A stretch of DNA of 64,000 bases from Octopus bimaculoides (Eukaryota): positions 39,592,115-39,656,114 of the forward strand of contig NC_069001.1 in the NCBI RefSeq assembly GCF_001194135.2, read 5' to 3'. The notes below the pieces were generated by a model. The model was not told the origin of the DNA. It was given only the letters and a program-made list of their open reading frames with translations, and made no database searches. Below are positions 12,414-24,999 of the stretch, piece by piece. Each line of letters opens with the position of its first letter. Within the stretch, counting starts at the first letter, position 1. Made by a program: the position numbers and the translations under genes.

Positions 12414-13959
12414 ATTCAGCTACAATTTTTTTCCTTGTCTTTTTGAAATTATTTTTGTTCTTTTTTTCCTTTTCCCCAGTTGGTCTTTTAACCCAAGTTC
12501 ATAAAATTTGTAAATGTAGAATACATAATAGCTTGGATTGTTTGTGTGTTTCTTGTCTGAAAATTGATTAAAAATATTTAATTCATGACATGTGTCCTGC
12601 TAATGACCTTAATAACATTAATGCAATCAGTCAACTTCAATTAGTGACAATTCACTCTGACAATAAAAGAGAAACTCTGTGAGGTTGACATGGTTGTTCT
12701 GTGATGGAGAAAAAAACTGATAAACTTGGAGAATATTCTTCTTCACTCATAGCTTCCTGTTGGTTCTTATTGTTTTTCTATTGTGACTTGTGTGACTGAG
12801 TGAGAGGAAGCAGAGCAATTAATAGTTGTGACCCTTTTTTTAGGAGATCTCTGACTTTGGTGGTTGAAAGGGAGGTAGGTGTTCCCTGAAGGAGATGTGA
12901 TTGAAATTCTTGAAAATTAAATGCAAATATCAGGTGGAGGTGTAAAACGAGGTTATACATTAAATGCCTCCTCCTCTTCACCCTCATATACACCACTAAT
13001 GACATAAGCAGGTGATATATTAAACACTGAATAAACCCAATATACCCTTCACACTGCTTTTACTGAGAACTGGTTGTCCATGTATGGGCAGATTCATTTG
13101 GAGTTAAGTATTATCTTAAACGACCAAACCACATCGTTTTTTCTGCCTGAAATCAACAGATTCCCATATTCATCACAAAAACCTTGAGAAATCTGTGAAA
13201 ACGTTTTTGTTAATTCTATGATGTGAAGTCAATCACTCAGTTATAAACACTACTTCAAATACATTGTCTTAAAACCCATTTGGATGCCTAAAAAAACACA
13301 GAAAGCTGCCAGTGAAACATGAATCCTGCATCTTCTGTAACCCAAAAGGAAGTAACACCAATCATTCCAGAACAGCCTCTTGTCCTTTCTTCCACCCACT
13401 TTGCTGACCAAATTTATTTTAACCCAATCAACTCTCAACAAACTACAAACCTATTAGAACCAAATTCGTTTCATAATGCAACATTAATAATTAAGAGACA
13501 AGTTTCTTTGCCAGAAGTCTGCTAACGTCCATTTTAGAAATGAGATAATTAAAGGACAAGTCTTTACCAGGCTATGTCAACCTTGTGTCTTCTCTACATA
13601 AGAGTCCAATGTGCCAGGGGGAAATATCATGGTTTTCTTTATCCAAGATATTTTTTACATTTTTCATATAATACTTAGTAGAAGAAGCTGACAGAATCAT
13701 TAGCATGCAGGGCAAAAAGCATGGCAGCATTTCATGCATCTTTAAGTTCTGAGTTCAAATTCCACTGAAGTCGACATGTACATACATACTCACATACAAA
13801 TATATGTATCAATGTGTGTGTGTGTGTGTGAGATTGTGATGTCTGCATCACCAGCCATTGGCTCCAGTCTATTCATTATCACAAGGTTCAACTTGATGCC
13901 AAAAAATCAATAGTGGTACATATACAACACTGAGACCGATACAACATGGCATTTCTCCT

Positions 13960-14200
13960 CCCACCCTCTCATGGATTTATCCACCCCCTCACTCTTCCCA
14001 GTCCTTTGTCCATATTCATTCTTAGAGTCAAATTCTTGTATCCTGAGAGCATTCTCCGACATTTCAGGCCCCATCATCATTGTCTTCTGCCTCCAAGCCT
14101 TATATAATGTGGGGTAGACATGTATCTTTTATATAGCAAAATATCTGCCCCTGTTCCTCTCTCATATTTTAGCCTCTCAACATCTGGCGCAAATCCAACT
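13960..14200 (-). mobile_element. Possible heavily degraded RTE-like LINE C-terminal fragment
   Basis: Frameshifted reading HVYPTL..GLEA....KCRRML resembles the RTE PTLLYG.EAWT...EM.C.RRML segment. Confidence 0.35.
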
Positions 14201-14440
14201 GGCTCTCTACAACATCTCCATTCAATTCAGGGGTCGTTGTCCCTGTCTTCTGAATTACTTAATGACCTCAATTAGCTGGCATCATCTCTGAAGCACCCGG
14301 TACATTCTGTAAAGTCGTAGGAGTTAGAAAGGGCAACAAGCCATAGAAATCTCAACAAAACTGACATTGCAGCTGGACACAGTCTCTCAGTTCATTGGAT
14401 CATCGGAAACTAACCAACTCACCCTGGCCCAACACAGAGA

Positions 14441-14471
<31 letters not shown>

Positions 14472-14511
14472 AACAAGCACACATACATGCATTCACACAA
14501 ACATCATCATC

Positions 14512-15970
14512 ATCATCATCATCGTTTAACGTCCGCTTTCCATGCTAGCATGGGTTGGACGATTTGACTGAGGACTGGTGAAACCGGATGGCAACACCAG
14601 GATCCAGTCTGATTTGGCAGAGTTTCTACAGCTGGATGCCCTTCCTAACGCNNNNNNNNNNNNNNNNNNNNNNNNNNNNNNNNNNNNNNNNNNNNNNNNN
14701 NNNNNNNNNNNNNNNNNNNNNNNNNNNNNNNNNNNNNNNNNNNNNNNNNNNNNNNNNNNNNNNNNNNNNNNNNNNNNNNNNNNNNNNNNNNNNNNNNNNN
14801 NNNNNNNNNNNNNNNNNNNNNNNNNNNNNNNNNNNNNNNNNNNNNNNNNNNNNNNNNNNNNNNNNNNNNNNNNNNNNNNNNNNNNNNNNNNNNNNNNNNN
14901 NNNNNNNNNNNNNNNNNNNNNNNNNNNNNNNNNNNNNNNNNNNNNNNNNNNNNNNNNNNNNNNNNNNNNNNNNNNNNNNNNNNNNNNNNNNNNNNNNNNN
15001 NNNNNNNNNNNNNNNNNNNNNNNNNNNNNNNNNNNNNNNNNNNNNNNNNNNNNNNNNNNNNNNNNNNNNNNNNNNNNNNNNNNNNNNNNNNNNNNNNNNN
15101 NNNNNNNNNNNNNNNNNNNNNNNNNNNNNNNNNNNNNNNNNNNNNNNNNNNNNNNNNNNNNNNNNNNNNNNNNNNNNNNNNNNNNNNNNNNNNNNNNNNN
15201 NNNNNNNNNNNNNNNNNNNNNNNNNNNNNNNNNNNNNNNNNNNNNNNNNNNNNNNNNNNNNNNNNNNNNNNNNNNNNNNNNNNNNNNNNNNNNNNNNNNN
15301 NNNNNNNNNNNNNNNNNNNNNNNNNNNNNNNNNNNNNNNNNNNNNNNNNNNNNNNNNNNNNNNNNNNNNNNNNNNNNNNNNNNNNNNNNNNNNNNNNNNN
15401 NNNNNNNNNNNNNNNNNNNNNNNNNNNNNNNNNNNNNNNNNNNNNNNNNNNNNNNNNNNNNNNNNNNNNNNNNNNNNNNNNNNNNNNNNNNNNNNNNNNN
15501 NNNNNNNNNNNNNNNNNNNNNNNNNNNNNNNNNNNNNNNNNNNNNNNNNNNNNNNNNNNNNNNNNNNNNNNNNNNNNNNNNNNNNNNNNNNNNNNNNNNN
15601 NNNNNNNNNNNNNNNNNNNNNNNNNNTAACTTGCTAGTTAACCTGCCTTTGATGTTGCTGCACCTCTTATGTGTCCATAGCTTGCACCGGGTACATCTTA
15701 TAGAGTTACTACCTACTCCTTTTCTACATACTGAGCAGGGCCATCTACCTGAAGGGGTTTGTGTTTTATCTACCTTCCTACTTATTAGGATTTTGGTTTT
15801 AGCTAGGTTGACTCTAAGGCCCTTCAATTCTAGACCTTGCTTCCACACCTGAAACTTCTCCTCTAGTTCTGATAGTGACTCCGCAATTAGGGCAAGGTCA
15901 TCAGCATAGAGGAGCTCCCAGGGGCAACCTGTCTTGAACTCCTCTGTGATTGCCTGGAGGACTATGGTAA
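14512..15970 (-). mobile_element. 5'-truncated RTE-clade LINE spanning the N-gap
   Basis: 15970-15627 encodes IVLQAITEEFKTGCPWELLYADDLALIAES...KGLRVNLAKTK...CSVCRKGVGSNSIRCTRCKLWTHKRC (RT YADD motif plus Cys/His segment). 14651-14512 is the family 3' end leading into a (GAT)n tail. Continuity across the gap is inferred. Confidence 0.85.
14652..15626. other. Assembly gap (N)
   Basis: Run of N. Confidence 1.
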
Positions 15971-16070
15971 ATAAATATGTAATAAAAACATATACCATTA
16001 TACATATATATGCACATACACACATATATATGCATATGTATAATGTACATATATATGTATGTATATATGA

Positions 16071-16129
<59 letters not shown>

Positions 16130-16794
16130 TAAGATGTTCAACTTCACTCGAATGTTCCTCGTGCCATGCCAGCATGGAAACCGGACGTTAAACGATGATG
16201 GTGATGAAACATGTATACATAGACACATTGTTAACACTTTTGATATTCTAATGAATGTGTATTTGTGTATATATTTATCTATATAATTCTCTATCCTTCA
16301 CACACACACACACACAACTTTCTGTCTGTGTGTGTGTGTGTGTTTATATATATATACTCTATCCTACACATACGCACAAAAATTTTCTGTTTGTCTCCTG
16401 TGAAGTCTTGATGTGCCTATTTAGTTGTAATATTGAACAATTTCCATTTCCTGATCTACTTCAGTTTTGGAGTCATAAAACCTCAGTCTTGGACGACTTC
16501 CTACCCATTTCTCTCAAAATCAATATCACACTAATGTGTCTTTGAGTGGAGACTCTATCTAAATATTGGCAATTTCTTCTGCTCATGAAATAATGCAACC
16601 GACTTTCTGCCATAACAGAAAACCGATTTTCTTTTTCTTGAAATTTGGTCTTTGATGGAATCAACTGAATGTATTTGTTGCTGATTTTGCAATTCTTTGG
16701 CATCTTAGAGTAAGTTGTGAGGACAGGCATGCTTGTTTTGTTGTCAACTAAGAAACATGCTACAACTATTAATAATAATTATTTCAAATGTTTG

Positions 16795-16992
16795 TCAGGA
16801 GGGCAGCTTGTGGGAGGTGGGGATGAGTAGATTGCATCAACCCCAGTATTCAACTGGTACTTATTTTATCGACCTCAAAAGCATGAAAGGCAAAGTTGAC
16901 CTCAGTGGAATTTGAACACAAAACATAGTGATGAGCGAAATACCGCTAAGCATTTTGTCCAGTGTGCGAATGGTTCTGCCAGTTCCCTGCCC
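16795..16992 (-). mobile_element. SINE-like family A copy
   Basis: Similar to 8162-8367 and 54214-54417. Confidence 0.8.
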
Positions 16993-17341
16993 TCGCAACC
17001 ACTAATAATAACAACTTCTCTTGCACTGACTATTATTATGAAATTGTATTTAAAAGCACTGATATTAAACTTATAAGTAAATAATGAAAACTGTTAAATT
17101 ATGTGAGAAAAAAAAAATCTGTGTTAAAGCCATGAAACAGAAAACTGTGAAATGTCTTTTTAAGTCTTCCATGTAGGAAGAGAAAGATTAGAATACTTTG
17201 ACATTTAAGTCACTTCTATGTCTGTGTCAAAGTTGCTTAGGTGTTTGTTACATGGCACCAGTATCTCTAGATTAAATATATTTATTTGTATTTTATATCA
17301 TGATTTGGGGATCAATAGCTTCCACTGTATTTCTTATTTCT

Positions 17342-17558
17342 TTATTGCTCACAAGGGGCTAAACATAGAGGGGACAAACAAGGACAGACAAAGGGATTAA
17401 ATCGATCACCAGTGAATAACTGGTACTTAATTTATCGACCCCAAAAGGATGAAAGGCAAAGTTGACCTCAGTGGAATTTGAGCTCAGAACGTAACAGCAG
17501 ACGAAATACCGAGAAGCAGTTCGCTCGGTGTGCTAAAGTTTCTGCCAACTTGCCACCT
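17342..17558 (-). mobile_element. SINE-like family A copy with a variant 3' end
   Basis: Shares the aactggtacttaatttatcgacccc..aaaggatgaaaggcaaagttgacc body; different tail (cacaaggggctaaacatagagggg). Confidence 0.8.
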
Positions 17559-18017
17559 TTTTTCACTGTATTTCTGTTAGCAAGATTGACGAGGGAGTGT
17601 TTGTAACACAATGGAGAACAAATATTTCAAGGGATTGGCCTGTACAACATCAATTCTTTCAATCCTCACCCACCATGTTTATATCTTTTACTGGTCTATC
17701 TTCCAGTGAATTTGTGAAAAGATGGGTGACTGAGGCAAAAATGGTGAATGGCCCTACTCAGAGCATGCCTTTGGTGGTTGGGGTAATTCTGGATCTGTGG
17801 GGTTCCTTGACTGGCCCCAGCTGAAGTTTCTCATGCAACAGAAGGATTGTGTCATTCAGGTTATCAGACAGAATATACTTTTTATCACACATTTCATTGT
17901 CCTTTTCATTTCCTTCTCCTTGTCTTTTATGTAAATCCACACACACACACACACACACATTGTCGCTTTCGATGTCCCCCTCATCCATGCCCCAGTGGCT
18001 GATAAAAAAATCATTAT

Positions 18018-18087
<70 letters not shown>
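18018..18087. repeat. (GTC)n trinucleotide array
   Basis: Directly visible. Confidence 0.95.
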
Positions 18088-18088
<1 letters not shown>

Positions 18089-18099
18089 TTATTGTTATT

Positions 18100-18297
18100 A
18101 AGGCAGTGAGCTGGCAAAATTGTTAGCAAACTAGACAAAAGGCTTGGCACCATTTTGCACATCTTTATATTCTGAGTTCAAATCCTACCAAGGTCAACTC
18201 TGCCTTTCAATGAAATAAGTACCAGTCGAATACTGGGGTTCATGTAATCGACTTAGCCCACCCACAAACTTGCTGGCCTTGTGTCAAAATTTAGAAC

Positions 18298-18342
<45 letters not shown>
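18100..18342 (+). mobile_element. SINE-like family A copy with (ATT)n tail
   Basis: aaggcagtgagctggc head, ttctgagttcaaat B-box-like motif, ATT tail. Confidence 0.8.
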
Positions 18343-18343
<1 letters not shown>

Positions 18344-18818
18344 GTCTTTATATAAAGGGCCGATGTCTGTATCAGGAGGGTAAAGCATACCAATGGTTAA
18401 ACAGGTTCCATCCATGATCATCCTGCCTTTATGACTGTCTTTATTACTACAGAATGTGTCCTCCTTTTTCTTAAAGATGATATATGAGATTTGAGAGATT
18501 AGACTGCTGTTTCTAGCAGGCCAAATGACTCATATTTGTATTAACCCCCACCTACATACATACATTCATATATATATAAATACATACACACACAATATAT
18601 ATATATGCACACACACACACACACACACACATTGTGTGTGTGTGTGTGTGTGTGATTTACATTGTTGGATTTTGTGTGTGAAACTGAAGTGTATGAATAT
18701 ATTACTATTATTGATGCTATTGTTGTTATCAACCTCATATTAATATCCGTAATTATTATTATTATGAATGTTATTATGAATGTTATTATTTTTATTCGTT
18801 TTATAGTTCTTTTTCCTC

Positions 18819-18851
<33 letters not shown>

Positions 18852-19096
18852 TATTATTATTATCATTATTTATAGTCTGTCTTTTAATTCCCCCCCCCCC
18901 GTATTGGTTCACTGCTGGTTCCATATTGGTTCAATGGATGATTTTTAGGTCAGAATTTGTTGTTATTTCTGTAAAGCAACCCTAGTTGTAGGGGGGAGGA
19001 GGAGGGGGTATGTTTCCTTCAACAACTGAGAATGGAAGTCTAAAAATAGATTCAAATGACGTCATGTATGTTAATAAGCTGTTCCATCTCCAGCAT

Positions 19097-19871
19097 NNNN
19101 NNNNNNNNNNNNNNNNNNNNNNNNNNNNNNNNNNNNNNNNNNNNNNNNNNNNNNNNNNNNNNNNNNNNNNNNNNNNNNNNNNNNNNNNNNNNNNNNNNNN
19201 NNNNNNNNNNNNNNNNNNNNNNNNNNNNNNNNNNNNNNNNNNNNNNNNNNNNNNNNNNNNNNNNNNNNNNNNNNNNNNNNNNNNNNNNNNNNNNNNNNNN
19301 NNNNNNNNNNNNNNNNNNNNNNNNNNNNNNNNNNNNNNNNNNNNNNNNNNNNNNNNNNNNNNNNNNNNNNNNNNNNNNNNNNNNNNNNNNNNNNNNNNNN
19401 NNNNNNNNNNNNNNNNNNNNNNNNNNNNNNNNNNNNNNNNNNNNNNNNNNNNNNNNNNNNNNNNNNNNNNNNNNNNNNNNNNNNNNNNNNNNNNNNNNNN
19501 NNNNNNNNNNNNNNNNNNNNNNNNNNNNNNNNNNNNNNNNNNNNNNNNNNNNNNNNNNNNNNNNNNNNNNNNNNNNNNNNNNNNNNNNNNNNNNNNNNNN
19601 NNNNNNNNNNNNNNNNNNNNNNNNNNNNNNNNNNNNNNNNNNNNNNNNNNNNNNNNNNNNNNNNNNNNNNNNNNNNNNNNNNNNNNNNNNNNNNNNNNNN
19701 NNNNNNNNNNNNNNNNNNNNNNNNNNNNNNNNNNNNNNNNNNNNNNNNNNNNNNNNNNNNNNNNNNNNNNNNNNNNNNNNNNNNNNNNNNNNNNNNNNNN
19801 NNNNNNNNNNNNNNNNNNNNNNNNNNNNNNNNNNNNNNNNNNNNNNNNNNNNNNNNNNNNNNNNNNNNNNN
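19097..19871. other. Assembly gap (N)
   Basis: Run of N. Confidence 1.
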
Positions 19872-20249
19872 GCTCTTTTGATAAAATATCATAGACAACA
19901 AGTATCTACTCTGCTGGAATGGGTTGACCAGTTGGACAGAATGTGATAGGTCAGAGAACTGCACTGAGCTCCAGTTGTCTGCTTTGACATAGTTTCTATG
20001 GCTCAAAACCCTTTCTAACTAACCATTCTACAGAGCGTACTGGGTGCATTTTTTTTTTTTTTCTAGTGAAGTCGCCTTTCAAGATTCACAGCCTGAAGTG
20101 GTCCCTACAACTGAAAGAGAATAGAATAGAGAGGGTCAATCATTTTGGGTGGTGGGAAGAGATGAGAGAGGTGGGGGTGGATGAGATTTATGGTTGTGAA
20201 AGGGTAAGAATGGGGTTAAAGTAACAGAGTAGGAAGGAGTAGGGAAGAT

Positions 20250-21165
20250 TGGCAACAGAAGGCCTCTCCCCCTCAGAGTGAAAGGCTGATTGTTTGATGC
20301 CTGTGTACAAACTGCTATGCTGCATGGCAGTGAGAGATGGGCTGTGACAGCTGAGGACGTGTTTAGGTTTGAGACAAATGAAGCCAGTAATGCTTCGTTG
20401 GATGTGCAACGTCAGTGTGAGTGTACGACAAAGTGTAAGCATCTTGAGAGGAAAGTTAGGCGTAGGAGGCATCAGGTGTGGTGTGCAAGAGAGATGACTG
20501 CACGGGTATGGTCATGTGATGTGTATGGACGAGGATAGCTGTGTAAAGAAGTGCCAGTCTCTAACTGTGGAGGGAACGATTGGTAAAGGTAGACCCAGGA
20601 AGACATAGGATGAGGTGGTGAAGCATGATCTTTGAACTTTGAGCCTCACAAAGGCAATGATTGGTGACCGAGATCTTTGGCGATGTGCTGTGCTTGAGAA
20701 GACCTATCAAGCCAAGTGCACTCATGCTGAGGGCATGTAAAGAACATCTCTTTTGAATGTTGGGCCTCACAGAGACAAAGTGGCTGAGTTCCTTTCAAGT
20801 GTTGGGCCCCACAAAGGCAATAGCCAAGACCTTTGGCATTATGTTGTGCTTGAAAAGAAGATCCATGAAGCTGAGCAAAATCGTAGTCATGACAGATATC
20901 GATGTCATGCAAATTGGCACCCATGCAGTGGCACATAAATGCACCCCAGTGTCACGCAAATGGCACCTGTGTTGGTGGCATGTAAAAGCACCCATTACAA
21001 TCTCAGAGTGGTTGGCATGTTAGGAAGGGCATCCAGCCGTAGAAAACCATGCCAAATCAGACTTGAGTCTGGTGCAGCCTTCCAGTGTGCCAACACAATC
21101 AACCCGTCCAACCCATGCCAGCATGGACAATGGACATTAAATGATGATGATGATGATGATGATGA
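20250..21165 (+). mobile_element. RTE-clade LINE 3' fragment (C-terminal ORF, 3' UTR, (GAT)n tail)
   Basis: Degenerate LRVKG.LFDACVQTAMLHGSERWAVTAED...MLRWMCNVSV...YGHVM.MDEDSCVKKC..LTVEG...KGRPRKT, followed by the gaagggcatccagc...aacccatgccagcatgg UTR and a GAT tail. Confidence 0.85.
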
Positions 21166-22517
21166 TATATATATATATGAGTGAGACGGAATTGGTAGAG
21201 CATCAGATGAAGTGCCCTGTAAATTTATGGGCTTTTTTTTTAAATTCTGAGTACAAAACTTAAGGAGTCAATTTTGCTGTTTATCCTTCAGAGTTCAATA
21301 AAGCACAAGGTCAGAGGTCAGATAAATCACAATGGGTTTGTTTTACTTGTTTCTTCATTAAATTCTTAAACTGGAAGAAGTTAGATATATACTTACATAT
21401 AAACACACACACACACGTGCACACACACACACACACACATTCATACTTACAGTTAAATATACATAAAAACACATTCATTGATGCATATACATATATACTA
21501 CATATAAATATACATTAACATTATAAATACAGGCATACTAACACATATACACATACACATATATACATGTATACATACATACACGCATATACAATTATAC
21601 TTACATATAGATGTTCATATATACATAAGCATAGACAGGTATGTGTTTATGTTAACGTTATGTAATATAAAGTGTTACATACAAAAGCCATTCAGTTTGT
21701 ATTATACGTGGGTGGGGGTTAGTGAATCAAGATGAAAAGATGGTAGAAGAGGAGCTACAAGAAAAGACAGTCTTTAAGAAGCCCACGTGTAAGGGGTCTA
21801 AGAGTCTCCCTTAAAATCAAAGCCTTAGGCCTAGTTTATTATTATCAATATTATGTGTATATATATTTTTTCCCCCATTATTTCTATGAATACAAATGAA
21901 TTTATAGCAGGAGCCAACAGTCCAACAACACCTGCTGTATTACTGTAGAAGATGTAACACTAACAACTGCTATTATGACAACCTGCTTCTGCTGCTGCCG
22001 CTGCTGCTGCTGCTACTAGCAATTATTCTGTTGCAGCTTTAGCAGGTTGTTGTTCGTGTTGGCGGTGGTGGTGGTGGTGGTGTAGCATCAGTAGAACAGC
22101 TATTAGATGCATTATTACGCCACTGCAGCTGATTGTGTAGCAGCAACAGTTGCAGTCTTGTGTCGAGGCACCATCAACATGCCACTGCATCGAGGATGTG
22201 TGGTAAGAGATATTGCAAGCGCAGTAACTGTCGACATGGTGCAGCAGCAGCAGCAGTGGCAGCAGCAATAAAACATCTCCAGGCTGTTGCTTTTGTTGTT
22301 GTTGTTGTTGTTGTTACCAATGTGTAACTAACAGTGATCCTTGCAACTTGTGCACTTGTGTGTCCCTTCCGTTGCAGCCCTCTCACACAAATCTCTTTAC
22401 TTCCATCTTCTGAATATTTTGCTTTCTTTAAAACAAAAATACATCGAAAAAATATAATTAATAAAAAAAAGAAAAATCATTTATTTCATTTTTATCATAT
22501 TTGTAAATCTGGACAAC

Positions 22518-22935
22518 ATGTATGTGTGTGTGTGTATGTATGTGTGTGTGTATGTATGTGTGTGTATATGTGTGTGTGTATGTATGTGTGTGTATGTATG
22601 TGTGTGTATATGTGTGTGTGTATGTATGTGTGTGTGTATATGTGTGTGTGTATGTATGTGTGTGTGTATATGTGTGTGTATATGTATATGTATGTGTGTA
22701 TATTTATATGTAGATATGTATGTGTGTATGTGTACATATGTGTGTGTTTGTGTGTATGTATATATATATGTGTGTGTGCGTGTATGTGTATATATGTGTG
22801 TGCGTGTGTGTGTATATATATGCATGTGTGTATGTATATATGTGTGTGTGTATATATATATGTGTGTGTGTATATATATATATATGTGTATATATGTGTG
22901 TGTGTGTATGTATGTATGTTTGTATGCATGTATAT
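22518..22935. repeat. Long compound TG/TA/TATG microsatellite
   Basis: Directly visible; source of several artefact ORFs. Confidence 0.95.
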
Positions 22936-23394
22936 ATGTTATGGAAACACAAGTCATTAATAATCAATGACAGGTATAATCAATATAATAATAATAATAA
23001 TAATAATAAACAGATAACTGGTTATTAATATCATTATACCTAACAGAAATAATGCTCACACCTCATAGGTTTTAAATTCAGTCCCACTGAACATCCTGGC
23101 CAAGTATCTTCTACTACAGCCCCAAGTCAACGAAAAAATCTTGTGAGTGGATTTGGCAGATGGAAACTGGAAGAAGCCCTTGTGTGTGTGTGTGTAACCT
23201 TGTCATAATTCCTCCTCCTCAGCATTATCACTAGCAACATTTTCACATTCTCTTTTCATCGAAGCACATTTTGTATAGTTGGATGCTCTTTCTGTCACCA
23301 ACCCTCCCCTGTCATCAAGCAAGGTCATATTCCTCATGACCAGGCAATTTTACAACTATCACAAGACAAAGAGATCATCACACACACATTATAT

Positions 23395-23545
23395 ACAAAG
23401 GGTTTGTTTCAGTTTCTATCTGCCAAATCCATCCACCAGGCTTTGGTTGGTGCAAGGATACACAAGAAAACATTTGTTGAAAGTGCTGCACAATGGGATT
23501 GAACCTGAAGCCAAATGGTTGGGGAATGACCTTCTGAGCCACATC
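23395..23545 (-). mobile_element. SINE-like family C copy
   Basis: tcagtttctatctgccaaatcc...aaggtgctgcacaatgggattgaacc-like body. Confidence 0.65.
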
Positions 23546-23985
23546 TTCATTATTTCTACAACTAAACTTGCACTCACCTGATGAGTGACCTTCAGAGCAG
23601 TCGGCAAGTTTACCATTATTCTCTTAATGTATCTGTAGCAAATTAAGGCGTTCTTGTTGATTCTTTGTCGTAAGCAAGTTTCAATAGCAATAACTGATGT
23701 ATAACCTCATCATTGTTTCTCCAACAGTGCCCACCCCACAGGAATCTTCCATGCCACAGAGTGGTTGGCATTAAAAGTAGACTGAAATAAAGCCTAACAT
23801 TTCCATCAAATGTAGAGTGTGAACATCATTGAACTGATCGTAGTACATGCCTTTGGAGTAATCCTTCAGTTTAATATTGAACTATTTATCTCTATTATGA
23901 ACATAAAAGCAAACACACACACATATATACATATGTATGTGTGTGTATGTATGTATGTGTGTGTGTATGTGTATGTATGTATGAA

Positions 23986-24790
23986 TGAATCTATGCTCCT
24001 TTCTACTATCAATTATCTGAAGTCTTCCTGTAAGGATGGAGCTGGTTTCTAACAGAGACAAAGCTCCATTGTTCAAACGTAGATAACAAAAACAATGTCA
24101 CATGTTCAGCTTGAGAAAAGTCTTGCATATTTTTACTCTTCCTCTTACAGATTCTATCAGATTAGATGGTTGATTTCTTTTTCTGTAAACCCCAGCTTCT
24201 CCAAAAATGCCAATAACAAAACCAAATGTACCAATTATTATTGGTATAAATGTAATCTAGGCATAGAATTTGGAGGCTTTAAAGCAGTTGCTTGCAGTTG
24301 TCCTGTTTCTCTTTGATTTTTGATGAGATATTCCCATCAGCAGGGCAGCTGAACTCTAAGACGGTACACATTCTTTGCTTGTTCCAAATGGCAAAATCCA
24401 ACCTGTTGTTTTTACATTTAGTAGAGGTTTTGATGGGAATGTTCCACCAGTATTCCTTGTGTTGATGTTTATGTATCTGTTCAACAACAAAGAGACTTTT
24501 TTTAATATTTATCTCAGGGCAGTCATTTCTTTGTTTCACATTAAATTGTTTTTGAGACAATGTTCTGCTGCTGTTGTTTAGCAAGTGCTGAATGAGAGAC
24601 ACTCGACCTCCATCCTCTCCTTTAGGTAGAGCCTGTTGATTTTACAGTTTCTGTGGAAGTTTCTAGTTGATGTCAAGACTTTGCAAGTTTTGATGTCTAT
24701 GGAATGGACCAGTGAAGTATCCCAAACATTGGCACCATCACTGGTACTGCAAATGTATTGTGGGATATGGTCTTATTGTAAGAGACAAGT
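23986..24790 (-). mobile_element. Degraded, internally deleted R4/Dong-like non-LTR retrotransposon
   Basis: Frameshifted motifs, in order: AVPVM..FGIL.W, IDIKT.K.LT...NFH...INRLYLK..GGR; EYWWNIPIKTSTKCKNNRLDFAIWNK...CTVLEFSCPADGNI..KI.EK (REL domain, NRPD-like); FIPIIIGTFG, LEKLGF, G.VKICKTFL*. Confidence 0.75.
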
Positions 24791-24795
24791 TCCAA

Positions 24796-24999
<204 letters not shown>

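Noticed and set aside
21900-22330. Poly-Ala/Gln/Gly-looking segment resembling a transcription-factor low-complexity exon
   Set aside because: Every frame hits stops within short distances, and the phase-2 acceptors lead to TAG; best explained as decayed trinucleotide repeats
23570-23620. CTGATGA motif (also at about 27404 and 49969)
   Set aside because: No downstream GAAA core with stem II/III geometry; an isolated 7-mer is expected by chance
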